A DNA stretch of 64,000 nt from Desulfurococcales archaeon (GCA_027022365.1 JALVYU010000011.1:64001-128000); one strand, 5' to 3'. Positions 9,624 to 19,792 are shown, counted from the first letter of the stretch. Numbers and translations: made by a program. Notes: generated from the letters alone by a model not told the origin.

Positions 9624-10343
9624 CTAGATAACGTTTGGTGGAAGAGGATTAGACACGTATCCATTATATCCTGTCCTAACTAGCTCGGAAGCCCTTATGC
9701 CGCTTTGGATTAAAGGTGAGACATAGGGCCATGGCTGGCTACAACTATAGATCATCGCGGCAGACATGCCAGCGACAATAAATCCGGGAATCAACCAATA
9801 GGTTCTCTCAACGAGCTCTTGTGAGCCAGGAATAGTAGGGCCCAAACCCTCTGATACAACGCCGATCTTAAGCCTGTCAAGCACCATGCCCGTTAAATAA
9901 CCATTAGCTGTTGCATCGATGACTATTCTTGAGCCTATGATCTCCTTATCGCCGAGCATATGCTCGTTAAGTTCTCTTATTATAATGCCTGCGATGGTTA
10001 TCCCTGTTCCGCCGGGTGAGAACAGGGGCTCTAGGTCAGTATTAACGATGATTTCGCCACCTAGGTCGAGTATTCTCGAGGAAAGCTTAACGATGTACTC
10101 GAGAGGCCTTATCCACTTCTTATCATTATCGCTGAAGATCTTTACTCCGGACTTGGTTAAGAAATCAACTACACTGTCATCGATATAGGCTTTATCGCCT
10201 AATCCAGCGTAGTAAGTGTACTGCGAAAGCCCCGGTTCGGGCTCGATCACGATGACGTTATATCTGTTTTCGAGGAGTGAAGCAGCTGCCGCGAGACCTG
10301 TATATCCGGCCCCGATGATTATTACGTCATAGTTTCTCGACAT
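9624..10343 (-). CDS. FAD-dependent oxidoreductase, divergent Thi4 (thiazole synthase)-like
   Basis: DVIIIGAGYTGLAAA Rossmann motif, IVIDATA, LVERT..IPGFIVAGMSA..SGIRASEL as in the Thi4 family. Confidence 0.7.
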   Translation of the reverse strand: MSRNYDVIIIGAGYTGLAAAASLLENRYNVIVIEPEPGLSQYTYYAGLGDKAYIDDSVVDFLTKSGVKIFSDNDKKWIRPLEYIVKLSSRILDLGGEIIVNTDLEPLFSPGGTGITIAGIIIRELNEHMLGDKEIIGSRIVIDATANGYLTGMVLDRLKIGVVSEGLGPTIPGSQELVERTYWLIPGFIVAGMSAAMIYSCSQPWPYVSPLIQSGIRASELVRTGYNGYVSNPLPPNVI

Positions 10344-10424
10344 CAACACGCTTTCTCCCTTAACCCGTAGGACTTGGCTCGGCATAGGCTTTTACAGTTT
10401 TTTAGAAAAAGAACTTTACGAAAA

Positions 10425-10495
10425 GTATGTGGTTGGCGGTGAATACGTCCCTGGCCGTTTCATCCCGCCAGGACTTGCCTGGGCGTCGCGGCCAC
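10425..10495 (-). ncRNA. Candidate K-turn / H/ACA-like guide sRNA with antisense to 16S rRNA
   Basis: Minus strand folds into a TGGCCG/CGGCCA stem, a GA..GGATGA K-turn-like loop and a CGCC(C)AGG/CCTGGCG upper stem. The 3' tail is complementary to the conserved 16S GCGGUGAAUACGUCCCUG and ends in ACA-TAC-TTTT. Confidence 0.55.
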
Positions 10496-10517
10496 AATAT
10501 ATTTTCGTTGTCTAGCC

Positions 10518-11795
10518 TTATTTTGCTTCACCCTTTAGATATTCTTCGAGGAGCTTCTTTGCATAGTCATACCTTATTCTCCCCTCACTAATCATTCTCT
10601 CCGCTATCTTGTCTACGAGCTCGCCCTGGGCGCCAGCCATTATCGCTAGGTTTCTAGCATGTAGTCTCATGTGTCCTTTCTGTATTCCCTCATGTACCAG
10701 TGCACGTAGTGCAGCGAGGTTCTGTGCTAGACCGACGGCGGCCATAATATCTGCTAGTTCCTTGGCGGTCTTGACGCCAAGTATTTTCAGAGCGATCCTG
10801 CTTATTGGGTGTACTTTTGTCGCCCCACCAACAATACCTACTTGCAGTGGTAGCTCGATGCTTCCAACAAGGTATCCTTCCTCGTCTAGCTCCCAGTAGC
10901 TGAGCGGCTTATATACCCCTGTTCGGGCGGCGTAGGCGTGGGCTCCAGCCTCGATCGCTCTATGGTCTTGGGCTGTAGCGAGAGCTACTGCTATTACCCC
11001 GTTCATAATCCCCTTGTTGTGCGTCACGGCCCTGTATGGATCAATGTCCGCCAGCACGCTTGCCTCCACGATCTTCTTTGCTATATCTTCTCCGCCAACG
11101 TTCTCCGGTTTAGTTCTCGCCCATGCCCGGACTATTCTTCTAGTAGCATAGTTGCTTATGATCCTTAGCCTCGCCTCGCCACCCGTGATCTTCTCGAGCA
11201 ATGGTGCAATGCATTCTACCATGGTGTTCACGGCATTAGCGCCCATGGCGTCCAGGACGTCAACGATTAGATGAACAACTATGACTGGCCCGATCCTAGA
11301 GTCTAGGACGCGTACCTCTAGGTCTCTAGGGCCGCCTCCAAGTCTTAATAGTGTTGAGTCTTGTTGCCGCGCATGATCAAGTATCTCCTCCTTATGCTCG
11401 ATTATCTTCATGGCCTTGTACCGGGGGGCAGTCACGTTGACCAGCATGACCTGCCCGATCATCTCCTGCGGGCCAGCCCTAGCTATTATCCCATCACCTT
11501 CCCTGAGCATCTTAGCAGCATTACTCGCTGCGGCTACAACACTTGTTTCCTCGATAACCATTGGGACAAGATAGTCCTTGCCGTTAATCTTGAAGTTAAC
11601 TGCTACGGCGAAAGGCATAGTCATGCCGCCGATCACGTTTTCGATCATACTATCAGCTATTTTCTCGGGAAGATTACCGAGATTCCTGAGGAGCTCCACC
11701 TCTTCATCGCTAAGACCCGCCCACTCCGCAACAATCTTAAGTCTTTCGTCAAGACTTAACTTATAGAAACCCTTGATCCTCGAGGACCTGGCCAT
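10518..11795 (-). CDS. hmgA: Hydroxymethylglutaryl-CoA reductase, class II
   Basis: MIENVIG, EETSVVAAAS, DAMGANAVN, THNKGIMNG, GIQKGHMRLH. Confidence 0.95.
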   Translation of the reverse strand: MARSSRIKGFYKLSLDERLKIVAEWAGLSDEEVELLRNLGNLPEKIADSMIENVIGGMTMPFAVAVNFKINGKDYLVPMVIEETSVVAAASNAAKMLREGDGIIARAGPQEMIGQVMLVNVTAPRYKAMKIIEHKEEILDHARQQDSTLLRLGGGPRDLEVRVLDSRIGPVIVVHLIVDVLDAMGANAVNTMVECIAPLLEKITGGEARLRIISNYATRRIVRAWARTKPENVGGEDIAKKIVEASVLADIDPYRAVTHNKGIMNGVIAVALATAQDHRAIEAGAHAYAARTGVYKPLSYWELDEEGYLVGSIELPLQVGIVGGATKVHPISRIALKILGVKTAKELADIMAAVGLAQNLAALRALVHEGIQKGHMRLHARNLAIMAGAQGELVDKIAERMISEGRIRYDYAKKLLEEYLKGEAK

Positions 11796-11820
11796 GTGAC
11801 CACCTAATTATATCCTTAGA

Positions 11821-12633
11821 ATGATACTAGTTATTAATTGCAGGCTGGGGGTGCATGGTTTGCTTGTCGAAGAGATAGCAGAGAAAGAGATCTCCCTACT
11901 ACGGGAAGAACCACTGATCACCGAGTGCCTTATAGGATTAAGGTACTCGTACTGCGAGATCATGGTTGATGGCGAGAAGTATCTGGGCGTATCTATCACG
12001 CCCATAGAGGATCTACTTAACGTCTCTCCCAGCCTAAACCTCCCCAAGACGATTCATGAGTTGCGAAGACTTGTCAGGAGCCCTAATCCATATGACAGGA
12101 CAATAGCGCAGGCTCTCTTGAACGCGCTCGGCTCGTACTTAATAAGAACAATGATGCAGGAGGAAATAGAGCTTATTGAAGCAGATATTATAGAATTGAT
12201 AGGAAGACGTATTGTAGAGCCAGTATTACTAGTAGGAAACATGGGTCCCCTAAGGAGAAAACTCGTTGAGCAGGGAATCGGCGAAATATATGTCGTTGAG
12301 AGAAATCCATTGAATAGATATAATGCCTTACCCGACGTATCGCTTCCCAGGCTCATCGGAAGAGCCAAAACGATCATAATAACCGGCGCGACACTAGTAA
12401 ATGATACGATCGACTATATAGTTGAGAAAGCCAGAAACAATAAAAACCTAGTGCTCGTAGGCCCTACAGCATCTGTTTACCCGCCCATAATAGTTCCGAA
12501 GTACTTCAACATAGTAGCGTCCATGATACCTAGGAACATAGATGCCGTGAAAAACGTGATCAGGGCGGGCGGCGGTAGATGGGATTTCAGCCGATACTGT
12601 AACAGCTACTTGTTTTCCGGGGAGAAGAATTGA
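11821..12633 (+). CDS. DUF364 (Rossmann-like) family protein
   Basis: QALLNAL, LVGNMGP, IIITGATLVNDTI, VLVGPTAS motifs. Confidence 0.8.
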   Translation: MILVINCRLGVHGLLVEEIAEKEISLLREEPLITECLIGLRYSYCEIMVDGEKYLGVSITPIEDLLNVSPSLNLPKTIHELRRLVRSPNPYDRTIAQALLNALGSYLIRTMMQEEIELIEADIIELIGRRIVEPVLLVGNMGPLRRKLVEQGIGEIYVVERNPLNRYNALPDVSLPRLIGRAKTIIITGATLVNDTIDYIVEKARNNKNLVLVGPTASVYPPIIVPKYFNIVASMIPRNIDAVKNVIRAGGGRWDFSRYCNSYLFSGEKN

Positions 12634-12986
12634 TTGTGTGGGAGCCCGATAAAGGGGTCATAAGGAAAGCGTCAATAAATGATCTCATGGAGGCAACATA
12701 TATCCTGCTCAATCTAGTGCCCCCAGGCAAGACCATAACGTACGGCTCACTGGCTAAAATCCTAGGTATTACTCCGAGATTGGTTGGACTGTTCATGAAG
12801 AAGAATAGGAAACCAATAATAATTCCGTGTCATAGAGTTGTGGGGAGGAATGGTGAGCTTAAAGGATATAGCCGTGGAGGCCCCGAGATCAAGAAGAAAC
12901 TATTGATGCTTGAAAACGTGCGGTTCAAGAATGACCGGGTAGCCAAGGACTGTATCATTTCTCTCGACTGGATCCTCGACCCATAA
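12630..12986 (+). CDS. ogt: O6-methylguanine-DNA methyltransferase (MGMT) family protein, single domain
   Basis: VPPGKTITYGSLA, active-site IPCHRVV, GYSRGG..KKKLLMLE. Confidence 0.88.
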   Translation: MIVWEPDKGVIRKASINDLMEATYILLNLVPPGKTITYGSLAKILGITPRLVGLFMKKNRKPIIIPCHRVVGRNGELKGYSRGGPEIKKKLLMLENVRFKNDRVAKDCIISLDWILDP

Positions 12987-13530
12987 TGTATGGTAGATGT
13001 ATGTGGAGATACTCGGCTATCCTAAACGTGAGATAAGGAAGTGATTGCAATGTACTCACTATTCCTTTGATGAACACCGTTTTTTGTCTACCAAGTAGGG
13101 CCTTATTCATTTCTAAGCTCCTATAGTATCGCTCGATAATTATCCCATAGATCTTGAGCGCTAAAAGCACGAGAACAAGTTTATTACCCCCATGCTTAAC
13201 CGTGTACAATAATTCCCGGTCTGTGACTGTGCCGAAGAAGAGTATAAACATGCTATAGTACCCGATGTATGTTATGTTATGGTATACCCCATAAATGCTC
13301 ATGAAGAAAAATGTGAGACCTAATATTATTAGTACGCTCACAACATAGGATACAGCGGAGCCTGCACCCCTTATTTCCAGGAGCATAACAACCGTTATAA
13401 TAACTAGTAATGAGCAAATTAGTACAGGACTAATATCTCCAAACAAATAGAGTAGGATCGCGCCCGTTATGAATGCTCCCCCTCTAATCATAAGGGGAAG
13501 GTAGGCCTTCAACGACACCGAGCTCCTCAC
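12955..13530 (-). CDS. Membrane protein, probable diverged ECF T component
   Basis: Multi-TM ORF coupled downstream of a dual ATPase and a putative S component. Confidence 0.55.
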   Translation of the reverse strand: MRSSVSLKAYLPLMIRGGAFITGAILLYLFGDISPVLICSLLVIITVVMLLEIRGAGSAVSYVVSVLIILGLTFFFMSIYGVYHNITYIGYYSMFILFFGTVTDRELLYTVKHGGNKLVLVLLALKIYGIIIERYYRSLEMNKALLGRQKTVFIKGIVSTLQSLPYLTFRIAEYLHIHLPYIMGRGSSREK

Positions 13531-14677
13531 CTCGTGGAAGCGTTGTAATGACTACTCCGCCCCCTTCAAGATACTGGTTGATAAGATCATAGATCACATT
13601 TCTTCTCATGGAATCTATTCCCTCAAGCCATGAATCCAGCAGAAGGACGGATCTACCGGAGAACAGCTGCGGGATCAGTAGTGTTAGTCTCCTTTGACCA
13701 TCACTGAGCGCAACGTAGGGTTTATCGCCGCCTTCAACACCAAGTTCTCTCAGAGTGAAGAATGATTTCTTAGCACACTCTTTTTCATGCCTGCACAGGT
13801 TTCCTACTACGTCCCTAAGAGTCACCCCTGGAGATACTAGGAGTGTGTCGTCTGGAACAAAACCTGTTTTTCCCTTGATCTCTATTCTCCCCTTATATTT
13901 GAGAGCACCAGCTATAGCTAGTAATGTGCTTGTCTTTCCCGAGCCGTTCGGACCAATTATTGTTACTGCTTCTCCGCTCCTGAGCCTTAGTTCTTCGAGC
14001 TCTATTTGTTTTCTACCGCGTTTAACGACGAGGTTTTCAATGACTATTTCTCCATTTGTCGCTATCGGCGGCGGTGGGTCGATCTTGTCTATTAGCTGTC
14101 TCGCCATTACGCGTGCTTCACGGCCCTCTGGATATGAATTTTCCTTATTAGTTGCAACTACTACTAGTATTCGCCCACTCAAATCTTCTATGATCTTTTT
14201 TGCCAGCTCTACGTATTTCTCGTCTAGACCACTATAGGGTTCATCGAAACACACTAGTTCAGACATTATGTTATGAGCCTTAATTATTTCGAGGATCTTT
14301 CTCTCCCCATAACTCATATAACCGATCTTTTTATCTAAAACCCTCTTGACAAGCTGAACACTTGTCAGCGGTGCATGATCATTACGGCTTATCAGCCACA
14401 GCTCATCATACCCTGTATCGCCAAGGGTTATTAGCCATGGTTCTTGGGGAACAAACCATTTCCTTGTATTACCCGGCTCTACTTCTATGCCCTTATACGA
14501 TATCTCGTTTATTTCATCTAGTCCCGCTATTGCTTTTAGAAGGATGGTTTTTCCCGAGCCATTTGGGCCTTTAATGTAGAGTATTCCCGGCGATTCAGCT
14601 ATAATGTCGGATACACGTGCAGTGTGATCGCCTATCCTTATCTCGGCCTCGCTAAATCTAATAGTTGTCTGCGCCAC
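13484..14677 (-). CDS. ABC/ECF ATPase with two nucleotide-binding domains
   Basis: GPNGSGKT twice, MSYGE and LSDGQ signatures, Walker B CFDEP and LLLDS. Confidence 0.85.
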   Translation of the reverse strand: MAQTTIRFSEAEIRIGDHTARVSDIIAESPGILYIKGPNGSGKTILLKAIAGLDEINEISYKGIEVEPGNTRKWFVPQEPWLITLGDTGYDELWLISRNDHAPLTSVQLVKRVLDKKIGYMSYGERKILEIIKAHNIMSELVCFDEPYSGLDEKYVELAKKIIEDLSGRILVVVATNKENSYPEGREARVMARQLIDKIDPPPPIATNGEIVIENLVVKRGRKQIELEELRLRSGEAVTIIGPNGSGKTSTLLAIAGALKYKGRIEIKGKTGFVPDDTLLVSPGVTLRDVVGNLCRHEKECAKKSFFTLRELGVEGGDKPYVALSDGQRRLTLLIPQLFSGRSVLLLDSWLEGIDSMRRNVIYDLINQYLEGGGVVITTLPRGEELGVVEGLPSPYD

Positions 14678-15431
14678 TGATCCTCCTCCTAATCAGTATT
14701 TCCCATGGCTTCAGCGTTGAAAGTATGATTATACTGCCTATTATGATTAGAATTGTGCGCTCAATAGGATAGATGTAGGCGGACATGTTCCATATCTTAT
14801 ACCAGTTAGCCTGGAACCTCGGGTTTGTGGCGAGCTGCGAAATGTTTCCTTGTAGATACAGGTAGTTCAGAACCCATGCAAGGTTCCCTCCCATATGATC
14901 TCCTATAACCCCAGCTATAATGCTTCCTATGCCTCTTAGAATCTTCTTGCCGATGATATAGGGTGTCGCGATCGCCAGGCCTACCGTGACCGCTACATCG
15001 TATACTAGTACGCCTAGATAGTTCAATATGTATGGATATTGAACAGCTACGAATACTATATAGAGTACCGCCAATATGCCGAGCGAGTAATGAGGCTTCC
15101 CCGAATAATATGTTCCCGCGACAATGAAGCTGATCACAAGGGGCATGAAGAAGAAGGGACCGAAAAACGTGATCAGAGACGAGTTATACTGAACAGCGAC
15201 AATGAGTGTTATCAAGACAGCTGTTACGCCGAGTCTCAAACCAAGATAAATGCCTATAATGCTCCCAGCGAGGGCGCCGAGGGTGATGAACCCAGCACCA
15301 CCGATTATCGGGAACGCTGGGATTAAATTAAGGGCGATAGCGGCGCCAGATACGACGATTATTGATGCAATGACTAGTGCTGCCTTACTATTTTTTCCGG
15401 TTTTCATCATCATTTTTGACTCCCATTTCAC
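14658..15431 (-). CDS. Membrane protein, probable ECF S component
   Basis: Multi-TM; IPAFPIIGGAGFITLG N-terminal motif, DHMGG, YPIER; first gene of the ECF-like operon. Confidence 0.6.
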   Translation of the reverse strand: MKWESKMMMKTGKNSKAALVIASIIVVSGAAIALNLIPAFPIIGGAGFITLGALAGSIIGIYLGLRLGVTAVLITLIVAVQYNSSLITFFGPFFFMPLVISFIVAGTYYSGKPHYSLGILAVLYIVFVAVQYPYILNYLGVLVYDVAVTVGLAIATPYIIGKKILRGIGSIIAGVIGDHMGGNLAWVLNYLYLQGNISQLATNPRFQANWYKIWNMSAYIYPIERTILIIIGSIIILSTLKPWEILIRRRISGADNY

Positions 15432-15540
15432 ACAATAGTGGTGGGAGGGATTTTTATTCGCTACTAATGAGGATTGCTATGTACTTGAAGTAATGATCAA
15501 AAACTACAATAGAAACTACTGCTCTTTACTTTCCTTCTTT

Positions 15541-16203
15541 CTAGTACTTGTTCGTCCATGTGACTATTAAGGCTCTTAGATAATCAGCCGCCTCTTCACA
15601 TGCATCGGCCGCGTCTTCTAAGTCGCTGTTAAGGTCATGAAGTAGGATAGCTAGTGTTATGGGCTTGATATTATCGGAGTACTTGAGTAGTTTGCCCCTG
15701 TTAGAAACATCTATCTCGTCCGCCTCTTCCTCAATAGTCTCTATCTTCTTTAGGATCTCTTTTGCATCCTTATATTCTTCATCAAGTATTTTCTCGACGG
15801 CTACGCCGAGGAGCCTTGTCATAGATACTACTTTTTCTATGAGTAAATGAATACCGTCTCTTATGTCTGCAGGGGTTTCTAGATAGGGAATTATAGTGAG
15901 GTCTCTGGCTGCTTCTTTTACCCAGTCAGCTATTCTATCTATTCGTTTGATCAGATGGAAGAAATCCTCCTTGAAGCTCGGATCTAGTCTGCTCTCTTCA
16001 AGTAATAGGAGGATTTTTTTCCTTATCTTGTCGGCTTCGCTCTCGGTCTTCATCGTCTCAGCTAGCTTTTCCCTCGCCTCGCCTATACGCATATCGTTGA
16101 GTAATTCTATTCCCCGGTGGAAAGAGTTGACAGTATCTATGATCTTAGATACGTATTCCTCGAATAACTCGATTATCGGTTCTGGGAGTATATCCCTTAT
16201 CAA
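15541..16203 (-). CDS. DUF47 / PhoU-like phosphate transport regulator
   Basis: ESEADKIR, DRIAD, IEEEADEID, LEDAADACE repeats. Confidence 0.88.
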   Translation of the reverse strand: MIRDILPEPIIELFEEYVSKIIDTVNSFHRGIELLNDMRIGEAREKLAETMKTESEADKIRKKILLLLEESRLDPSFKEDFFHLIKRIDRIADWVKEAARDLTIIPYLETPADIRDGIHLLIEKVVSMTRLLGVAVEKILDEEYKDAKEILKKIETIEEEADEIDVSNRGKLLKYSDNIKPITLAILLHDLNSDLEDAADACEEAADYLRALIVTWTNKY

Positions 16204-16255
16204 CCGCTACTCAGCCTCAGTGTTAGAGAATTAAGTATCTGGATTTTATTTTTAA

Positions 16256-16783
16256 TCATGGCTTACTCGAGGCCAGCGCCAATATATTGTCGGGCTCCGT
16301 AACAGTGATCGTAGCTACGCGTCTCCTATGGTATAATCTGACGCTTCTGATGTATACGATGTAGTCGGGACGAGTGAGCGACACTGGCCGATCTATTTTC
16401 TCCGCAATGATCTTTATTGCATCGCTGCTATGAGCGGGCATTCTTGTTTCACGCCAGTAGAGTCTCCCGCGTAGTGTTACGCGGTATGTCTTATCCACGG
16501 GTATCTTTTTCTTCGCTAGCTCGGCGGATTTCTCCGCTACGTCTTCCACATAGGGATTAGTGATGGCGTCAATAGGTATTATTCTATAGATAAGGTTTAG
16601 TTCGTCTCTATGTTGTTTCAACACCTCTACCGCTTTGTAGGGGTCGCTGACCCTGAGCAGGATTACAGCTGTAGCGGCATCAACGACCACGTAGTTGTCG
16701 AGGATATCCCTCAATATGCTGAGCACGTACCGGTAGTTCTCAGGGCCTGGCTCATGTGTCACCATCAGGTTGAATTCGGGCAT
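16256..16783 (-). CDS. THUMP domain RNA-binding protein (Tan1-like)
   Basis: FNLMVTHEPG, RIIPID, YRVTLRGR, VSLTRPDYIV; start set at MPEFN. Confidence 0.85.
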   Translation of the reverse strand: MPEFNLMVTHEPGPENYRYVLSILRDILDNYVVVDAATAVILLRVSDPYKAVEVLKQHRDELNLIYRIIPIDAITNPYVEDVAEKSAELAKKKIPVDKTYRVTLRGRLYWRETRMPAHSSDAIKIIAEKIDRPVSLTRPDYIVYIRSVRLYHRRRVATITVTEPDNILALASSKP

Positions 16784-16896
16784 TCTACCTATTCTCCTCC
16801 ACATAATGGTGTTTCGAAGCGTTACTGCTATGTAGGTTAGGATAGATTGTTTAGCTAAAAATAAGTTCTTATCCATTTAGATAACATGCTTATATT

Positions 16897-17754
16897 TCAT
16901 GTTAGTCTCTCACGCATACATGATACGCCGTAGGACATCATGGCGAGTACTTCTATGATCCCGACCAGGTCGACCCCGTTATCCACGGTGAATTCCAGTG
17001 TGTAGGCGTCTCTTCTCTTAATGAATGGTAGTTGTTCCGCAACGTCTGCTATGAGTGAATCCCTAACAATTACTTCGACCCTGTAAGGCCCGGATAGCTT
17101 TAAGGGTTTGGCCCCGCCCTCCTTAAGGGACTGAGCGGCTTTCTCTAGTCCTTCTTCTAGCCTAGCGAGCACCTCGGGCATACTGTCGAATCCTCCAGCG
17201 TACCTGCTATATCCTTTCTTGAAGGGAACAAATACAGCCCAGGGAGTATAGGTCTCTACCTCTTCTCTGAGTGCTTCATCGCCTGCGACTAGGACAACCG
17301 GGACATTGTATTCGCCTGCGTACAAAGCGTTTAACAGGTACTCGCTCGCCCTCCTACCGTTGACTTTTATCAGGGCAAACGATCTGCCGCTCATCGTATG
17401 ATCCAGTACTCCGTGTTTGGTCCCGGCGGCAGCGTGGTAGCCGATGAAGAACGCCGCGTCGGTATTCTCGTCTAGACCTGCCAGCATAGAGTAGGGTCTG
17501 GGGTATCCCTGTATAAGCGTTGTTTTTTCAGGCATTTCTAGATAGTCGATATTGGTCATGGCGCCGTGGCTATCAGCAATAACAACTCTGTCAAAGCCCA
17601 GCTGAAGGAGTTTTTCGGCGGCCTTCTTTGCAACGATGGTCATGATCTTTGAGCCCTGCTGGAACTGGCTGAGCCTAGGTCCTAGCATGGTTGTCGAGGA
17701 GATGCCTGGGAGACCCTCGATATCGATTGATATGAAGGCCTTCATGTCCAGCAC
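16897..17754 (-). CDS. dppA: M55 family D-aminopeptidase
   Basis: ISIDIEGLPG, IADSHG, FIGYHA, GVLDHT, VAGD motifs. Confidence 0.92.
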   Translation of the reverse strand: MLDMKAFISIDIEGLPGISSTTMLGPRLSQFQQGSKIMTIVAKKAAEKLLQLGFDRVVIADSHGAMTNIDYLEMPEKTTLIQGYPRPYSMLAGLDENTDAAFFIGYHAAAGTKHGVLDHTMSGRSFALIKVNGRRASEYLLNALYAGEYNVPVVLVAGDEALREEVETYTPWAVFVPFKKGYSRYAGGFDSMPEVLARLEEGLEKAAQSLKEGGAKPLKLSGPYRVEVIVRDSLIADVAEQLPFIKRRDAYTLEFTVDNGVDLVGIIEVLAMMSYGVSCMRERLT

Positions 17755-17766
17755 CCTGTAAACAGG

Positions 17767-19182
17767 TTATATCTCGATCACTCTATTAATGATGTTTCTG
17801 AACAAGTTTATCTCACGGAGGGTGTGGGCTTCCCTATTAACTATGTATAGCGATAATAGATCTGGGTATTTCGAGACGAGATTTCTGAGGAACGTATACG
17901 TGTTGATATCGCCTATCAAGAACTCTATATCGGTTATCGTATCTATGATCAAAACTGGTAGCTCGTTCTTACCCACAAGGCTTAGAGCCCACCTTATGGC
18001 GTAGAGGAGGTGTACCGGGGAAGGCGGTGATTCAAATCTATTATCCTCTCTCGAAACCGTGGACTTGCCGGGGATAACATCTATGCGCGTTATCCTGCTC
18101 TTAGGAAACCTTAATGCCAATGTATCCGCTATTAGTGAGCCAGGCCTTGTAGCCAATATAAAGTTTATGTTCTCTCTTCTGGGCAGTATCAGGGAGAGGA
18201 AGAACGCTATCCTCTCGTAGGTTTCAATGGGTTTATTGAAGTCGGTCTCTACTAGTATATGGTTAATGTTTTTGATCTCCCCTATATTAAAGTGGAGTAT
18301 TTGGAGTAGGTTGATGCATATTATCATCAGTATTGACACTATTATGCTTGAACCTATGCCCATGTAATATATATTGCCTATTAATAAATATGATAAGCCT
18401 CCTGTGGGCAGAAATAATTCTGTGAAAATCATTTCATTAAATATAATATTCATAAATATTGTTAAAACTGAAAGATCCGCCAAGTCTATCAAAGTATAGA
18501 GGCTTTCCAAGTACACAAATCTCGTAAGAAGATATGCATCCAATATTAGACCCGAGAGCGATGCAGCTATTATCGACATAATTGCTGGATTTTGCAGACT
18601 CGGTACTACTGCTCCTCGAGAAACTATTGTATATGCGAGGATCAGGTTGATGATTACGAAGAATGCTAAGCCCATAGCACTAAAAATCCTGTTCCTGATG
18701 CTGAGAGGCCTGATCTCGCTTATAAAAGACGTCATAACGTATACGAAGTACATGAAAACAAAGAATGCTAGGTTGTAGACATAGTTATTTGTCGTAAGTA
18801 TTGGTTCTGGAGATACTAATATACCTGTTGTCTCTCCCATCGCCAGTATCAGGGCTAAGGCCAAGGCGAAAGACGATAAAGCAAGAGAGCGGAATATCGA
18901 TGGGGCTATCTTATATATTTCTCTCCTCACAAGAAGAAATAAGATCATAAACACGAAGATTAGGAGAGCATCAATAATCGCGGACAAGTATTTCGGGTAT
19001 GGAGGATAAGGGTTTGTTCCGCGGACAACATGTATGCCTGTAAGATACTGTTCTAGCACAAACAAATAGGGCGACAAAGAAATAAAGAAAGCAAGGAGAG
19101 AAACGGGCAGGAGCCATTCAAATTTCTTCTCAGCTAGCGAAACATAACCGATTACTGACCCTTGTTCGTCTCCATCCAACAT
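17767..19182 (-). CDS. Multi-pass membrane protein with C-terminal DUF835-like (inactive KaiC/RecA-like) domain
   Basis: About 8 TM segments followed by a soluble domain with VLIIDTITDIEFLIG..TYTFLR..EAHTLREINLFR. Confidence 0.6.
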   Translation of the reverse strand: MLDGDEQGSVIGYVSLAEKKFEWLLPVSLLAFFISLSPYLFVLEQYLTGIHVVRGTNPYPPYPKYLSAIIDALLIFVFMILFLLVRREIYKIAPSIFRSLALSSFALALALILAMGETTGILVSPEPILTTNNYVYNLAFFVFMYFVYVMTSFISEIRPLSIRNRIFSAMGLAFFVIINLILAYTIVSRGAVVPSLQNPAIMSIIAASLSGLILDAYLLTRFVYLESLYTLIDLADLSVLTIFMNIIFNEMIFTELFLPTGGLSYLLIGNIYYMGIGSSIIVSILMIICINLLQILHFNIGEIKNINHILVETDFNKPIETYERIAFFLSLILPRRENINFILATRPGSLIADTLALRFPKSRITRIDVIPGKSTVSREDNRFESPPSPVHLLYAIRWALSLVGKNELPVLIIDTITDIEFLIGDINTYTFLRNLVSKYPDLLSLYIVNREAHTLREINLFRNIINRVIEI

Positions 19183-19296
19183 TTTTTCCTCCGCTTGTTT
19201 GTCAATAGTTTTTCGATGACCAATACATCGGCTTATTTACATGATTATTTAATCCAGTCTAACCGATATTAACTATGTCATTAGATTCTCGAGGAG

Positions 19297-19704
19297 GTGT
19301 TAAGGACTATGAGGTTACCGGAGATAGGTGAGGTCAATGAAAAAGAATACATTGTTAAAGAAGAGGATTCGCCCGAGTTTCTTGCTAGACAAGGCCTGGG
19401 CGTCCTAAGCACTCCGAGAATGATAGCGTTGATGGAGATAGTTTCGAAGGAGCTACTGGATCGCATCATCGGTGATGAGTATACCAGTGTTGGAATACAT
19501 GTTGATGTCTATCACAAGAACCCTGCCCCCGTTGGAGCTAGGCTCCGCTTTATATCTAGAGTAGTGGATGTTCGGGGTAGGAAAATAGTATTCGAAGTAA
19601 AGTGCTTAATGGGCGACAAGATAATAGGTGAGGGCAGGCACGAGCGCTTCATTATTGAGTGGGGAAAGCTCAAGGAGAAGATCGAGGCTATGAGAAGAGG
19701 ATGA
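19297..19704 (+). CDS. Hot-dog fold thioesterase (fluoroacetyl-CoA thioesterase family)
   Basis: VLSTPRMIALME, TSVGIHVDVYH, IGEGRHERFI. Confidence 0.88.
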   Translation: MLRTMRLPEIGEVNEKEYIVKEEDSPEFLARQGLGVLSTPRMIALMEIVSKELLDRIIGDEYTSVGIHVDVYHKNPAPVGARLRFISRVVDVRGRKIVFEVKCLMGDKIIGEGRHERFIIEWGKLKEKIEAMRRG

Positions 19705-19772
19705 GTCCTTTTTTGTAGTATATATTCTATATCACGAATTATTCATACAAGTAGGGTTACCTATTTTAGGGT

Positions 19773-19792
19773 TGTTCGGAATATTCTGAACA
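19773..19792. promoter_or_regulatory. Palindromic operator candidate upstream of HTH regulator operon
   Basis: TGTTCGGAATATTCTGAACA, 18/20 self-complementary, 28 bp before the ATG at 19821. Confidence 0.55.

Noticed and set aside
10518-11795. Bacterial-type class II HMG-CoA reductase as a novelty
   Set aside because: Class II enzymes are already known in several archaeal lineages.
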